The position numbers and the translations under genes were made by a program. A stretch of 55,658 bases of DNA, counting the filler, from Sphacelaria rigidula (Eukaryota), in NCBI GenBank assembly GCA_964200075.2. It is 5 parts of 5 records of this genome, joined end to end, with 100 filler letters (N's around TTAATTAATTAA, not from the genome) between each part and the next. Parts side by side here need not be neighbours in the genome. Positions count along the whole stretch, not along the records: positions 22,307 to 33,358 come from CAXNAA020005472.1; positions 33,459 to 44,509 come from CAXNAA020005473.1; 3 more parts are not named here. One strand, given 5' to 3'. Shown in pieces: positions 24,768 through 37,000 of this stretch. Numbering within the stretch: position 1 is the stretch's first letter; each line of letters opens with the position of its first letter. A model generated the notes under the pieces. The model was not told where the DNA came from, did no database searches, and saw only the letters and a program-made list of their open reading frames with translations.

Positions 24768-26718
24768 GGTCGCCCCGCGGTGGCTCCTCGAAACCTTCTG
24801 AAGGTTGGGTCGTGGGTTCAATTCTCGGAGCGATCTGGGATTTTTTCTCACATCATGGTGATTTTTGTGAGAAAACAGATGTCTTCCCGGAAGAGCAGTG
24901 TGGATCTAGGCGCGAAAGATCGACCATAGACATGATGTTCGTAGTACGCCGACTCCAGGAGGTGGGACGGGCGAGCAATATCCCAATAAACATGATGTGC
25001 TTTATCGATCTGCAGAAACCCTACGATTCTGTACACCGCACGCTCCTGTGCGAAGTGCTTGCTTGGTTCGGAGTCCCGTCGCGAATGATAACGATCATAC
25101 GTATGTTTCACGACAGCATGCGAGCTCGGGTACAGCTAGATAGTGGCGAACTATCAGCGTGGTTCGACGTTTGCCAGGGACTCAGACAAGGTTGCGTTTC
25201 GTCTCCGCTGCTGTTCAACACCTTCGGAGCAGGTTTGGTGGAAGTGATCGTCCAGCGGTTTGCGGCGGACCCACTCGTCGTCTCAGACTTGGTCTTTCTA
25301 GATGATGCGCCACGAGGTGTCGGTGGTGAACCTGTGGAAGAGACACCGGAAAAGGTGCGACGCGCGGTGTGGGCAATGCTCGATGCGGACGACGCCGGCA
25401 TGGCCTCGAAGACCTCAGAAGTCCTTGCTCGAATGATGGCCGTGATAGTGATGACCTGCCAGGAATTCGGCCTGATGGTCTCCGAGAGCAAGACAGAACC
25501 CATGCGCCTTTGGTCAGTACCCAGTTCCACGGAGGCCACCCTGGATATCAAAGCTGCCGGTCAACGGTGTATAAGCAGATGGGGAAGTTTATCTATCTTG
25601 GTGGAGCTATCAGCACGGATGCGAAAATATCCATCGAGATCAACCGCCGTACGCGGCGTGGGCGCGTATCCGAAAATATAGCTCCTAACTCTATGACCGA
25701 CCCAACACCGAGCTATCCTTGAAAGTTCGACTACTTAAAGCGGAGGTGGTAAAAGCTCTGTTGTATGGTGTGCCACATGGACGCTACTTTCTAAGGACTT
25801 CGACAGTCTGCGCACTGCACATCACAAGCTCTTGCTGCGAGTGGTTGGACCCCGCAGGAACGATCGAAACGGCTACAAGACTCTTTCGTACAGAGCGGTG
25901 CTCGAGATGACCTACTGGGAACGCATGAAGACGACTATCCGCAAACGTCAACTCTGGTTCGTGGGAGCACTTGTCCGGCAGAAGTACACACGCCTTCCCT
26001 AGCGTGTCATGAACGGTCGGCTTTCCACACGAGGACCGAAGGAGGTCGGCCGCCCCCCCAAGCAATGGCAGGATACCCTAAAGGATAACCTACGTGCGCT
26101 AGGGGCTGTTTCGCACAAAGGAGCCCGACGAAAATGGTTCGTCTACGGTGTAGAGGTTAATGATGCATACGATTGGGTCATTGCGGCGAAGATCATGGGC
26201 AAGTGGCATATTGGAGTCAAAAATGGAGCGGAAGAGTATGAGGACACGTGGCGACGCGCGGACAAGCGAGAATCAGACCGCCGTCACAAGCGAGAGGCTG
26301 CTGCGACGAGGGCTGCCAATTGGAGAACTCTGTCTACTCATATCGGTTGTTGATTATTTCCTTGGTCGGTGGCTCTGCGGTGCCCACTGGTGTGTATCTG
26401 TATCTACTCTGCTGCCCTGAATCCCTTGGGCATTTTCCTTTTATTGTTTTTTATTTCATTTGTTTTTTACTTTCCTCTTTTTTTACTTTTTTTTTTCAGG
26501 TCAGCCATTTCTTTCTGTGCTTTGCTTGTGCCGACTTTCTTATTTTATTTGTTACGACTTAGTCTGCTATGTCGTTCTGTTCGACTTTTTGTTCCGTTCT
26601 GTTCCTTTTTTTTTCAGGTCGTGTTTCAGTTTCGTTTTTCTTGGGTACGTCTATCATGAGACCACGGCTGGACTCCTGGGGGGTCAGTTAAAGTGCGACA
26701 ATCAACCAATCAATCAAT
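24768..26718 (+). mobile_element. 5'-truncated, inactive RTE-clade non-LTR retrotransposon (RT domain, C-terminus, 3'UTR, CAAT tail) preceded by a tRNA-derived head
   Basis: PEEQCGSR..RSTIDMMFVVRRLQE, CFIDLQKPYDSV, GLRQGCVSSPLLFN, MLDADD (YADD), FIYLGGAIS, KVRLLKAEVVKALLYG, GRPPKQWQD. Frameshifts after ~25570; T-rich 3'UTR ending caatcaaccaatcaatcaat. Confidence 0.9.
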
Positions 26719-26788
26719 AAAATAAAAAATAATACGTCATGAACACGTTACATGAAGCGGTGAATACTTCAACTCTGCAATGAATTTT

Positions 26789-27005
26789 GAAACACGCTCT
26801 GAGGAAGAAAAAGAAAGGAACAGAAAAAAAACGGGAACAGAAAAAAAAGAAAAAGAAAGAGGGGTCGAACAGAACGACATAGCAGACTAAGTCGTGACAA
26901 AAAAATAGAAAGTCAACACAAGTTAAGCACAGAAAGAAATGGCCGACCTCAAACAAGAAAAAGGAAAACAAGAGGAAAGTGCAAAACAAATTAAATAAAA
27001 TACGA
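26789..27005 (-). mobile_element. Inverted partial copy of the RTE 3'UTR
   Basis: gtcgaacagaacgacatagcagactaagtcgt..gcacagaaagaaatggccgacc is the reverse complement of ~26498-26586. Confidence 0.75.
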
Positions 27006-27044
27006 TGAAAGGATGGGAAAAAAATAATATATATATATATATAA

Positions 27045-27322
27045 GGTGTAACGTATTATGTAACGTTTCATGTCACGTGTCACGTATAATTCACAAACAT
27101 GAAACGGTACATAATATGTGATTCAAACGTTTGGGCAACTTAACGTAACGTGACACGTGACGCGTGTCACGTAAATATCACGTTGCGTAAGCGTGCCATC
27201 TGGAAATTTAACGTAACGTGAACGTGACGTTAATCACGCTGAAAAACATTAACATGAACGTAACGTGACGCCCAAAACGTAACGTTCACGTCACGTGTCA
27301 CGCTGTGGCACGTGTCACGTAT
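27045..27322. repeat. ACGT-rich degenerate repeat (taacgtaacgtgac / tcacgtgtcacg)
   Basis: Dense direct and inverted ACGT-core units. Confidence 0.7.
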
Positions 27323-27654
27323 CCCTCCCTGGAAAATACGAGATGGTCCCACCATTGAGAGTGGAAACTGACGGGGGCAAACCCGACCGCCTGGAAGCGT
27401 CCCAACACAATTTTTCGGGCGCTGCACATTTTGACAGGCTCGAAGTCAAACAACACAGATGCTGTATGAGCCTTGAAGGATTTGCATGCTATCTCTACTT
27501 CTATGAGAAATGTTGATGTTCCTCCCTTTGATATCAACATACACCTGTAATAACAGGGTACTTATTCAGCCTTTATGAACTTGTCGACAGTAGTTCTCAT
27601 AGCAGCTGTTGTATTTAAACGGTAAATCGTAGAGCGTTCTCCTCTCGACACATC

Positions 27655-27890
27655 ACACCCCTATCCCTGAATTGCTCCGTCTCGAAAGGGATGCGTGGTC
27701 AGTGGTCAAACGACTGAGGCAAGCAACAAATAAGTACCCCCCCAGCCCCCCACCACCCCCACCCCCCAACAACNNNNNNNNNNCCCCTATCCTCGAATTT
27801 TCCCGGTTCGAAAGGGATGGGTGGTCGGTTGTAAAACCACTGGGGCAAACAAAAAATAAGTCCCCCCCCCCCCCCCCCCCCATCCCTAAA
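27655..27890 (+). repeat. Dispersed ~100-130 bp repeat with a C-rich tail, two tandem copies separated by a 10-N gap
   Basis: tcgaaagggatgcgtggtcagtggtcaaacgactgaggcaagcaacaaataagtacccc; homologues at 2425-2502 (+) and 33459-33645 (-, two copies). Confidence 0.75.
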
Positions 27891-27999
27891 TGATCCATCT
27901 GTTTTTGGTGCTTTAGATGTCAGGGGCCTCAATGATCATCGGCAGTTTGGAAGTCGGATGAATGGTCATACAGATCTTCGGAATGCAGCCAGCTTGAGC

Positions 28000-29100
28000 T
28001 GGAACATGTTTACAGCCGGAGTTAGGTTGTTACAGGTAAAGAGCCCTGTCGCCAGTTGGCCACGAACCTCGGATTGACGCCGAAGCGGACCATTTCCCCG
28101 TCTCACTGGTGGACAGCCCGTAGTGTACTTGCAACATATTTGTTCGTGTTGGCAGTAGAGGCAAAAGGTACAGCGGCCTAAAATAAGCGAAAACCATGAA
28201 AAAATCATCCGTGGTGAGTTACTGTATGCCGACGTCAGCTGCGGAAGAAGGTGGGTCATATTTATTTTTGCTGACGGCTGCCATAGCAGCTTTGTTGCCG
28301 GGTGTACTCTAAGACGAAGCGTGTAGTGTCTCTTGTCGTGTACGACACTGGCATGGCCGTAAACTGGGTGATGAGCAGAGTGATCCCAACTGCGTGGCGC
28401 GACTCTGCCCTACGAAGCTTTTATACCATGCCTCGCCGGCATCTCTGGTATGTCCGCCAGACTACATGTAGACACAGATGTTTATCCTATGCTTGAACGG
28501 TCCTCCATGAAATGATCTGAAAATATCCCGCGTTGTTTTGAACTTTCCCCCGCATCTCGCACAAGGGTTCCTCCGTTTGGTGTTTGACCGGTTTTTCAGG
28601 TCAACATTTCCCCTCAATACTGATACTACTACCGGGACGAGCTGACCTCGAGCCCATCAAATCAAAGAGGACTGAATATCATGAAAAATATGGAGTATTA
28701 AAAAATGAACTTTGCCGGGAACAGAATGTACTAGAGAGTTTCGAGAACGCATTTCTTTCGGTCGTTACAACTCTCGTCAGGCTGTATCTCACAAACTTGA
28801 CGGTTCCGAAATCTCATCTACTCCTCACGTAGCACACGCGAACCTCGAAATGCTGAGAGAAACAAATCATGCTGTCGAACGTTTCAGCTTCGTGAGAGAT
28901 ATGACGAAAACGTTTACGCTGATGAAATCAAAGACGCCTTTCCTAAACTTCGCTGCTTCTGAACGCCGTTGGAGAAAGCTTCGTACGGTTATTCAAAAGG
29001 TAGACTACGGAAATAAAAAAGTGAGGGAATGGATAGGGTTGCGGAAAAACTTGGACAATCATGCTATCGTTTGAAAAGGCCTTTATCACACACCGAAGAA
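28000..29100 (+). mobile_element. Degenerate Mutator/MULE-like transposase remnant
   Basis: VVYDTGMAVNWVMSRVIPT..(frameshift)ARLCP resembles the MULE core D..A..NA...VFP.A...LC.FH; ETNHAVERF resembles TNN..ERF. Confidence 0.4.
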
Positions 29101-29317
29101 GCAAGGCCCAGGCGACTCTGAAACTCGCGGGGTGCATAGCACTGGAGTACTAATCGTCCGTCCGTTGGCTTGATCAACTTGTAACAGCATCGCAACATCA
29201 CGTACGAAAGTTCAGGGGCTACCAGAGGCATTTGAGCTTGATATGCGATAGTTTTAGGGGAGCGTGATCCGTCTCGTCCTCGCATTTCTAAAGAAAAAAA
29301 TATTTTGTCATCAGAGA

Positions 29318-29505
29318 GTTTCGGGAAACACTTTTTTGTCATTTCAGAGTGCAAATATCTCATGATTAGAGTGCAGAATACAAAAAGCACCTCGTCGAAA
29401 AAAAGTTGAGGGGATACCACAATTGACGGAGAGGAAAATATTTTTTCGTTACACTCTGATCCTGAGATATTTGCACTCTGAAATGACAAACAGGCGTTTT
29501 CCGAC
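29318..29505. mobile_element. Short hairpin MITE
   Basis: tttgtcatttcagagtgcaaatatctcatgattagagtg (29335-29373) pairs with cactctgatcctgagatatttgcactctgaaatgacaaa (29452-29490). Confidence 0.7.
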
Positions 29506-30069
29506 TATTATTATTCCCTATTGTTTGGTACTCGTTATTGTCCTGGAACCAATCGGTGGTAATACATACCATTTCCCCTCGATGAAAAATCTACTTGCGT
29601 TGAGTGTGATTTATTCCTTTGCTCAGGTGTAACACGGTATCACTAACAACGCGCTTTCAGTGCTGCATCCATGACTTTTGTGTGTCATGCTGTTGCATCT
29701 GTCATAGGTTTATCGAAGCAGCTAGTCATAGTGGCTTGCTTCAGTGAGACTGGTTTGCTGCCTCACGTTCTACTTGCCTTCAGTTGTTTGTCATCCGACC
29801 TGAGCCCAGTGCGCCTTCCATAATTTCTCGTCTTCACTGTGGACTTGTGAACCATCTTCGTCCCGCGGTGATTTTCGTAGCAATAGTGTCCAACAGCCGC
29901 AAGGAGGACGCGAGGTGGGGGAGAACACAAAATATCTACGAATTCTCTCGCCACCCGCAATATGTCCGCTTCTGAGAGCATGTGAAACAACACCAACCGC
30001 CGGACCAACGTGACAGTGTGTTGAACCGAAGCATGGCGCCAAACGTACGCTTCCACGAGCAATAGCTGA

Positions 30070-30438
30070 ACCTTACGTTTTCTGGGTTCGATAAGGAGTA
30101 AAGTTCGTCTTCCGGTATACCTGGCTACAATCGAGGAAGGTTTCCTGCGTGCCCTTCGCCTCCACAGCCGATGTCACGTTCACTCGCAGGATATTCCTTG
30201 TTCTAATATTTCCCCCGTCGAAAGCATAAGGGCGTGAGCAGAAAAAAAAGCAGCTGACTGAGTTGGTTTGGCGAAAGTTGACGCGGTGCGGAAGTGCTGA
30301 CACAATCCGCTATATCGAAAAGCGAGGCGTGCACCGGGGGGGAACTGGGTTTATCCCTTGAGACCACGGACTCGTCTCGAGGAATGAAGGAAGTTAATAG
30401 GGAATCAAAACTGTACAAGAGAAAAAGGAAAAAAAAAT
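30070..30438 (+). mobile_element. SINE-like retroposon with A-rich tail
   Basis: gggttcgat B-box-like motif near the 5' end; 3' part ttgagaccacggactcgtctcgaggaa resembles 36861-36890; ends in an A run. Confidence 0.45.
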
Positions 30439-30599
30439 GCCAAGAGTAAGCGTGCTATCATGTGTTTCGCAATGGCCGTGCAACAATCGGAGATAATTCC
30501 TACATTTTAAGCAGTCCCCGAACTATAACAGTCGTTTCGTTTGCATAGCCTCGGGGAACAAAATTAGCCCCGTCGCTTCCATCTTGAGTTGTACCGCCT

Positions 30600-32850
30600 C
30601 GCAGTGCTATGTTGTGGGAAGAATAAACTTGACGGGACTGGTCCTTTCAAGCAGGGAAACTATCGGTGATGATGTGAAGTTTTCCAGCAACATACTTCTC
30701 CGGAGATGCTTCTGAGACACACATGCGATGCTCCTCTCGTGTATCTGAATGACTGACAAGTACAGGTAACTAGCTCGGACCTGGCACGAGCTCCATTTCA
30801 CGCTTCGCCGGAAGTAGCTAGCAGTTTTCTCCGGCATATCCGCGCGCTGCGACTACGGGTGAGTAGTTCAAAGCTCAGTAGGGGCACTCTATAGGGTGAT
30901 CGTTCGAGGGATTTTATATTTTTCAACATAGAATATGTCACGTTTGTTCACTTGAATGGCAAAAACGTGCCCGAGGGAACGTCGCGTCTTCTTGTAGGCG
31001 TGAAGATTGAATATTTTCATGTAGAGGTTACTCGAGAAATACGCACATTGATATTCACGATCCTGAATGCATATTGTGTGACGTGTCGCATGCATAAGGA
31101 AGGCCGACACGCTCAGGGGATTGCTCGAACTTTCATTCAATAGCTACGACAATTTCACTGAGCATCTTCGAGAGGATGAAGCACTGTTCTGAATCGAGCA
31201 ATCACTGATGAGGGCGCCGCTTGTTCCTGTTCCGTTTGTCAAAGTCGGCTGGAAATGAACCGGTCTCATTGAAGCCACTGCTGCAGCACCCTTACCTCCT
31301 CAAGTCGGTTTCAAGCTCACGCGGCTTGGCAGCGGCCTCTGTTTGATAGTGAGGAGTTTCAGGAAACGAGGGACAGTGAGGTTTCCTTCGCGGAGAAATC
31401 TCCTCCTCTGGGAATGGTGTCTTCTCCTCCCCGACACTCTATTATCGTCAATTCCGCAAACATGATGCCACAAGAAAGGTAATACAGCGCGTGAGGGCAG
31501 ACGAGAAGGCATTTTCTCCCCACCTATACCCACCCTCCATCGATGTGTCAGGCATTTGCAGCGAATTTGGCGCGCCCAATGTCCAAGAGGCAGGCGAGGA
31601 GTGACAGCTGTGGCGACGGAGCTGCCGCACGAGGTATGTTACCCGCTGCTGCGCAAGCTCGGATTCGTAGTCGATAAACGCAACGTCTTGAACGAATGGT
31701 GTCCATTCAGAAAGCGTTTTTACAATCGTAGTCCGTCTCGAGTGCGCTCAATCTCCCAAGCTCACAACACATTGCATGTACAAAAGCAACACCACAACTC
31801 TACTCACCCCCCACGCTATTGTGCAGAATATCAACCGTAGGCACCCTCTTACACATGCAATAGAACCATACCCCCCCCATCCCTCCGCCTGCTGAGTCAG
31901 GTAGCGAGGGTAGCAATAGCCGGGTTGGCGTCGCACTTCAGATGCCCACGGGAGGCGGGGGAGTGTCACGGTGGCAAGAACGACGGCATACATCGAAGCA
32001 GGTGAAGCAAAGCGTTGCGGGCCGCCAATAGGTGTTTCAAAAACATGAGTGTGTCGGCATGGCAATAGCGCAACACGACCCCGAAAACCCAGCCAATACA
32101 TTCAAACATGGCTGCAAACGACGGCACATGGACAACGGTAGAAAACAAAACGTGTTCTGCCCGAGGAACTCGGGCAGTATCAGGACAAGGGCTGCCGAGT
32201 GCGTGCAAAGCACTTTTACGTAAAGTGCACCTGTCGGTGAATCGTGTTTTTGATATTGGGCACAGACCTGGAACAGGATATCGTATATCCATTTGAACAT
32301 CGAACAGATTCCGTCAAACCCAAGTACACTATGCGCATTGCATTCAGCTGATTAGCAACTACGGCCCTAGAGGTCGATTTTTTAATTGAGGAGAGGGATC
32401 CTAAGACAGATGTTGATGATTGTGCCGTAAATAAGCGTGTCACACCTACGCATGTGCCACCTATGATCGCTATACTGCAGTCATCTTGAAGAAAGCTGTG
32501 TGTAGATGCAAACGGTTCTTCGCCGCTGCTCTAGCATGGAGATGTTGGTCTGTGCTGAAGCACCACCTTTGTTCCCATCTTAACCACGAACCTGGGGACT
32601 ATGATCAAGCAAGGGCACCTGATACCCCACTCCGCCACCGACGTACTCTACTTGATATTCCAGCCGCCGGACGGATGCTTCATATTTTGACCGTGGTCGT
32701 GAAAAGTACTCCCAAGTAGCAAGGGTGTGCATCCAACAAGCCCTGCGGTCGCCTCTGTGCTTGCAGTAAGTCGTATGAGATCCAACCACCCATGGTGAAT
32801 CGAAACCAAGTTCGGAAACTACTGGGTTGACCATCATTGCACGCGGTTTA
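30600..32850 (-). mobile_element. Possible very degenerate LTR retrotransposon (Gypsy-like) remnant
   Basis: Weak RT echo NPLSVSAFLM..CAYF..LGHVFAI..FYVEKYK; otherwise unassignable. Confidence 0.25.
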
Positions 32851-33021
32851 CTTCCGTTTTACATCCCTCGTACATCAGATTGAGGCCATTCTCCTGCAGC
32901 ACAAGGGCAGCATTGAGGGTCTAGTGATTGCAGAGGGCAATCAGCCCGTTGGCACAGGTGTGGGTAGTCGCTCATATGGACTCGTGGAAGCTGATGTACT
33001 ACTGTCTTATCTTATGGATTT

Positions 33022-33221
33022 GTGATTTTTCCCCTCGGCGCGCAACCTTAGCTGTAATACTACACATGCTCTGGTTTGTGTTTGGGTCTTATCTCTCACG
33101 TTTTTCTTTTGGATACTATTGTACCACTGTCTTTTTTTATGGGTTAGTGATTTTCCCCATCGGCGTGCAACCTTCGCTGTATTACTACACATGCTCTGGT
33201 TTGTATTTGGGTCCTATCTCT
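33022..33221 (+). repeat. Direct repeat of ~75 bp at 125-bp period
   Basis: gtgatttt..tcggcg.gcaacctt.gctgta.tactacacatgctctggtttgt.tttgggtc.tatctct at 33022 and 33147. Confidence 0.8.
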
Positions 33222-33358
33222 TCCGTCTCCGCTTTTTTCTTGTGAAATCTATTTCCGTTTCTTCCCTCCCCCACCTTCTCATGAGGCAGTGTATAAGCCG
33301 TGGCTGTCGCTGGGAGTGGCGATACCAGGTAATAAAGAAACTCATTGCAGGCTGTCAT

Positions 33359-33458
33359 NNNNNNNNNNNNNNNNNNNNNNNNNNNNNNNNNNNNNNNNNN
33401 NNTTAATTAATTAANNNNNNNNNNNNNNNNNNNNNNNNNNNNNNNNNNNNNNNNNNNN
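33359..33458. other. Artificial contig linker
   Basis: N44-TTAATTAATTAA-N44. Confidence 0.98.
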
Positions 33459-34031
33459 AGGGGGGTAGGGGGCCGGGGGGTGGAGTGGAAGGAGGGGGGG
33501 GGGGCGTACTCATTTGTTGCTTGCCTTAGTCATTTGACCATTGACCATGCATCCCTTTCGAGACGGGGTGGAGTGGAGGGAGGGGGGGGGGGTGTACTTA
33601 TCTGTTGCTTGCCTTGGTCATTTGACCATTGACCACGCATCTCTTGCGTGTGTGTGGCGCTTCGCGCGTGATGATTGATAACGAGCCTAGTCCGGCGAAA
33701 ACGCGGCGTGCTCCGTCCCAGCTTAGTAGGGATGCGAGGTCGATGGTGTTATGACTACGGCGTGTAATATCATTAGAACCCCCTCGATAATACATACGGA
33801 GTATAACGAGTTATGATGCACATAAAATAATGTATTCGAACTCGCCCGCCACCATCCCTCCTGGAGAATACGTATACATATATCGAGTTATTATCCATTT
33901 AAACTCTCCTGTATCTCGAACCCGCCCGGTCGCCTGCTCGCACACTTATTTGTTGTCTCTGTGAACGTTTTGTGGACAGAGTCTTGAAGTGCCAGACCTA
34001 TATGTGTGGATAGACGTGTCTTGCTTACCAG

Positions 34032-37000
34032 GGTATGTGACACCTCAGGCGAAGGCAGACGGGCAGATTTGGAAGGGCCAATCGCAAGCGGTTATCAACA
34101 CTCTTACGGCGTCGGAAGCAGCGGCCACCCCGACGGAGGAACAGGTAGGCTTTTGACAAAAAAAAAAAGACGGGAAAAGAGGGAACGCTCCACACCCTGT
34201 ACAAGTATGAGTAACAACCAACTAGTTTGTTGTTTGTCGACCAACTACCGGCTAGTTGTTTCCAAACAATTAATTGTGCACGATTCTGAGAGATTGGTTG
34301 TTTGGGAACAACTAGTTGCACACGATTCTGAACAGTTGGTTGTTTAGGAACAACTACTGTAGTTGCACACGATTCTGAACAGTTAGTTGTTCAGAAACAA
34401 TTACTGTAGTTGCACACGATTCTGAACAGTTGATTGTTTGAGAAACAACTACCAACTATTGTTGTTGTCCAGGGTGTGAAGTGCTTGTGTACCTGGATGT
34501 GCGTGTATTATGTATGCAGCACTTTTCAGCAGCCCGTCGAGAAATTTTGTCGCGGCAAAGTCATATGCCAACTGTTGGAAGTGACGATACCAGACAATGA
34601 AGTAACTCATCGGAGGCTGTGGTCCGAATGGAAGATGATCAGTACGCTTCGGGCCGAACAATCTTGGCAAGATGCAGCTTACCCGTCATGCGACTCGCCG
34701 AACACGTCACGGCGCTTCGCGCTTGGGGATTGGTTGCTAGCGTGGTCCGGTGTAAACTCAACGTGCTCCGTCCCGGCTTTGTAGGGATGCGAAGTCGATG
34801 GTGATATGGCTACGGCATGCAAGGTCATGAGTACACCCCCGCCGATCCTCTCCCACCCTCTCCCGCCCTTCTATTTGCGTCATCTTATTCTGCGTCGTTC
34901 CTTGTTTTGTCTCCTATGTTTGTGGTTTTTATCCCTGAACCGGGTGATCTTGTATTTTTTTGAGCAGGTCAAGGAGAGGACGGGTCGACGAGCCAGGACC
35001 ATCCGAGCGCTTCCCCTGTACCTGCTCTGCTGCGACTTGTTTCTCGCCGTGGACGAACAAGAGGTAACGGACGAGTTGAGCTCACTCCACGTATGCGTCT
35101 CTCGGACGTGTTTCGTCTGTATCGCATCTCGAGGTTTGTTCATGTTGTCGAAGTTCAACCCTCTCCCCACATGAGAACCGAGGTATCCACTCGATATTTT
35201 TGTCAAATTTTGTCTGACCATTTTCACCCATCCCGTGCCAATCCCGTCCTGTTTACACCCCTCCTCCTATAGTGTGGTGATATTAAGCCTGTGTGGTGGT
35301 GATATGCAATATTGTCGCTCTCGCGAGAGAGAGGTACAGTACTGGGCGCCTGAAGTGTTAATCTTGGTCATTTCTTCGTGATGGGCGATTTTGTGAGGTT
35401 CTCTCGCTCGCCACCGCTCATCACATCGAGGATCTTAAGATTGTTCCGGCTCCACATTCCAAGAACATAAAATAATCTGTGTCCTCGATGTTGAGTGACC
35501 TACGTACGAGCTGACCGGTCATCGGGGGTCTTGCCACGTTCCAGCCCAGATTCCGACTCTTCCGTATTTTCGTTCGATCGAGCCTGTCCTGATCGTCTTT
35601 GTGAAGAAATGTACAGGATTTCCTTCCGCCCCCGCCATCGAGAAGGACGACGGCGTTCAAACGTGTTGAGTTTGCCACAGTATTCTCAGAGGCCCTACCG
35701 AATGAGGGCCTAATACCACCCCACCTCTCGTCCGCACTCCTGTGCTACGTTTTTTCCCCCACGGTAATCATTTACGCAGCCTGTGTACTGGTGCAGCCCC
35801 TGGACGAGGTTGGAGAGGGCAGCGCTGAGAGAAGCGGTGGCCCTGACTAGCGGTGGGGGCGCCACAAAAGCTGCTCGGGCTGGTCACCCCCGAATGCTGA
35901 AGATGCGTCGAGATGAGGTGAAAGAATTGAGGAGCGCATACATGCATGAGCGTTACGGTAGAACGTCCGCGCAAAACTCATGTTTGCACGAGCTGGGCCG
36001 GTCTAGACGCGGACTTGAGCTCTCAGAGCAAGAGCTCATCGATATAGACGAGTTTTTGCCGTGATTCGCATATCGTACTGATCGTCTGATCAAGGCGAAG
36101 ATGGTCATTTTGCTCAAAAGTCCGGGCCATTTTTTTGTCGTAAATTAAACCCCATGTCTATTATAGTGATCCCTGTACACATGCTACAGTCTACATGAAA
36201 CACCCGAACGATATATTCAGCGAATGATGATGATCTGGTAGCTCGACTGACGTCATCAGGTCGGGAAAAGCGCGGGTGGGATCTCGTTGCCGTCAGATGC
36301 GTCTAGCTTGGCTTTCGTTATCTGAAAAATCTGATTTCTGTAGTTGGAAGCGCGGAAGCGTGAGTGTCAAAAGTCGCTTTTCTCGACTAAGTTTGTTCGT
36401 CGATAGTCGACACGTTGCGGGAGCGCTGATAAAAATTCGCGACGGTACAATGTAAGTGATACCGGTCGCCCCACCCCGGTGGCTCAGTTGGTAACCTCAA
36501 AACCTTCTTGCGGTTGGGTCGTGGGTTCGAATCTTGGAGCGATCTCGGACTTTTTGTCACCCAGTACACGATTGTGGAGGGCAAAAATGTCGTGGGTACA
36601 CAAAATTCGACGCAACCGTCGACGAGGAACAGAGACTGCTAACCCCCTTCTCGCGATAAAAAATGATGGCAACCACCACAGAAGGAAGGTGGAGAACTAG
36701 AACGAATAGAAAATACGAAGCTCCTACGTTGGCCTTCCTGCTGTGTGACCCCGGCTGGTGCGCCCACATACATATCGAAAGGTATAGACCAGCGTCCAGG
36801 ATAGATGGGATGACAACACTGTGAGTTGTGTATCAGCAGAGAGATCAGTTGATTGATCCGTTGAGACCGCAGACTCGTCCAGAGGAAGGGAAGCGGTTAG
36901 AAGTGAGACGAAAAAAAAAACTGTATCTCGTGTGTGTGTGTACACGAGTTAGCCCTAGAGTGCAGGCATGTCTATGTCTCATGACCATACAATGTGCGGA

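Noticed and set aside
34215..34465. CRISPR-like array
   Set aside because: No unique spacers, degenerate tandem units, eukaryotic intron, no cas genes.
36464..36545. Functional tRNA gene (also 3888-3955 and 24768-24845)
   Set aside because: A/B boxes present but acceptor and anticodon stems do not pair; continues into a SINE or LINE body.
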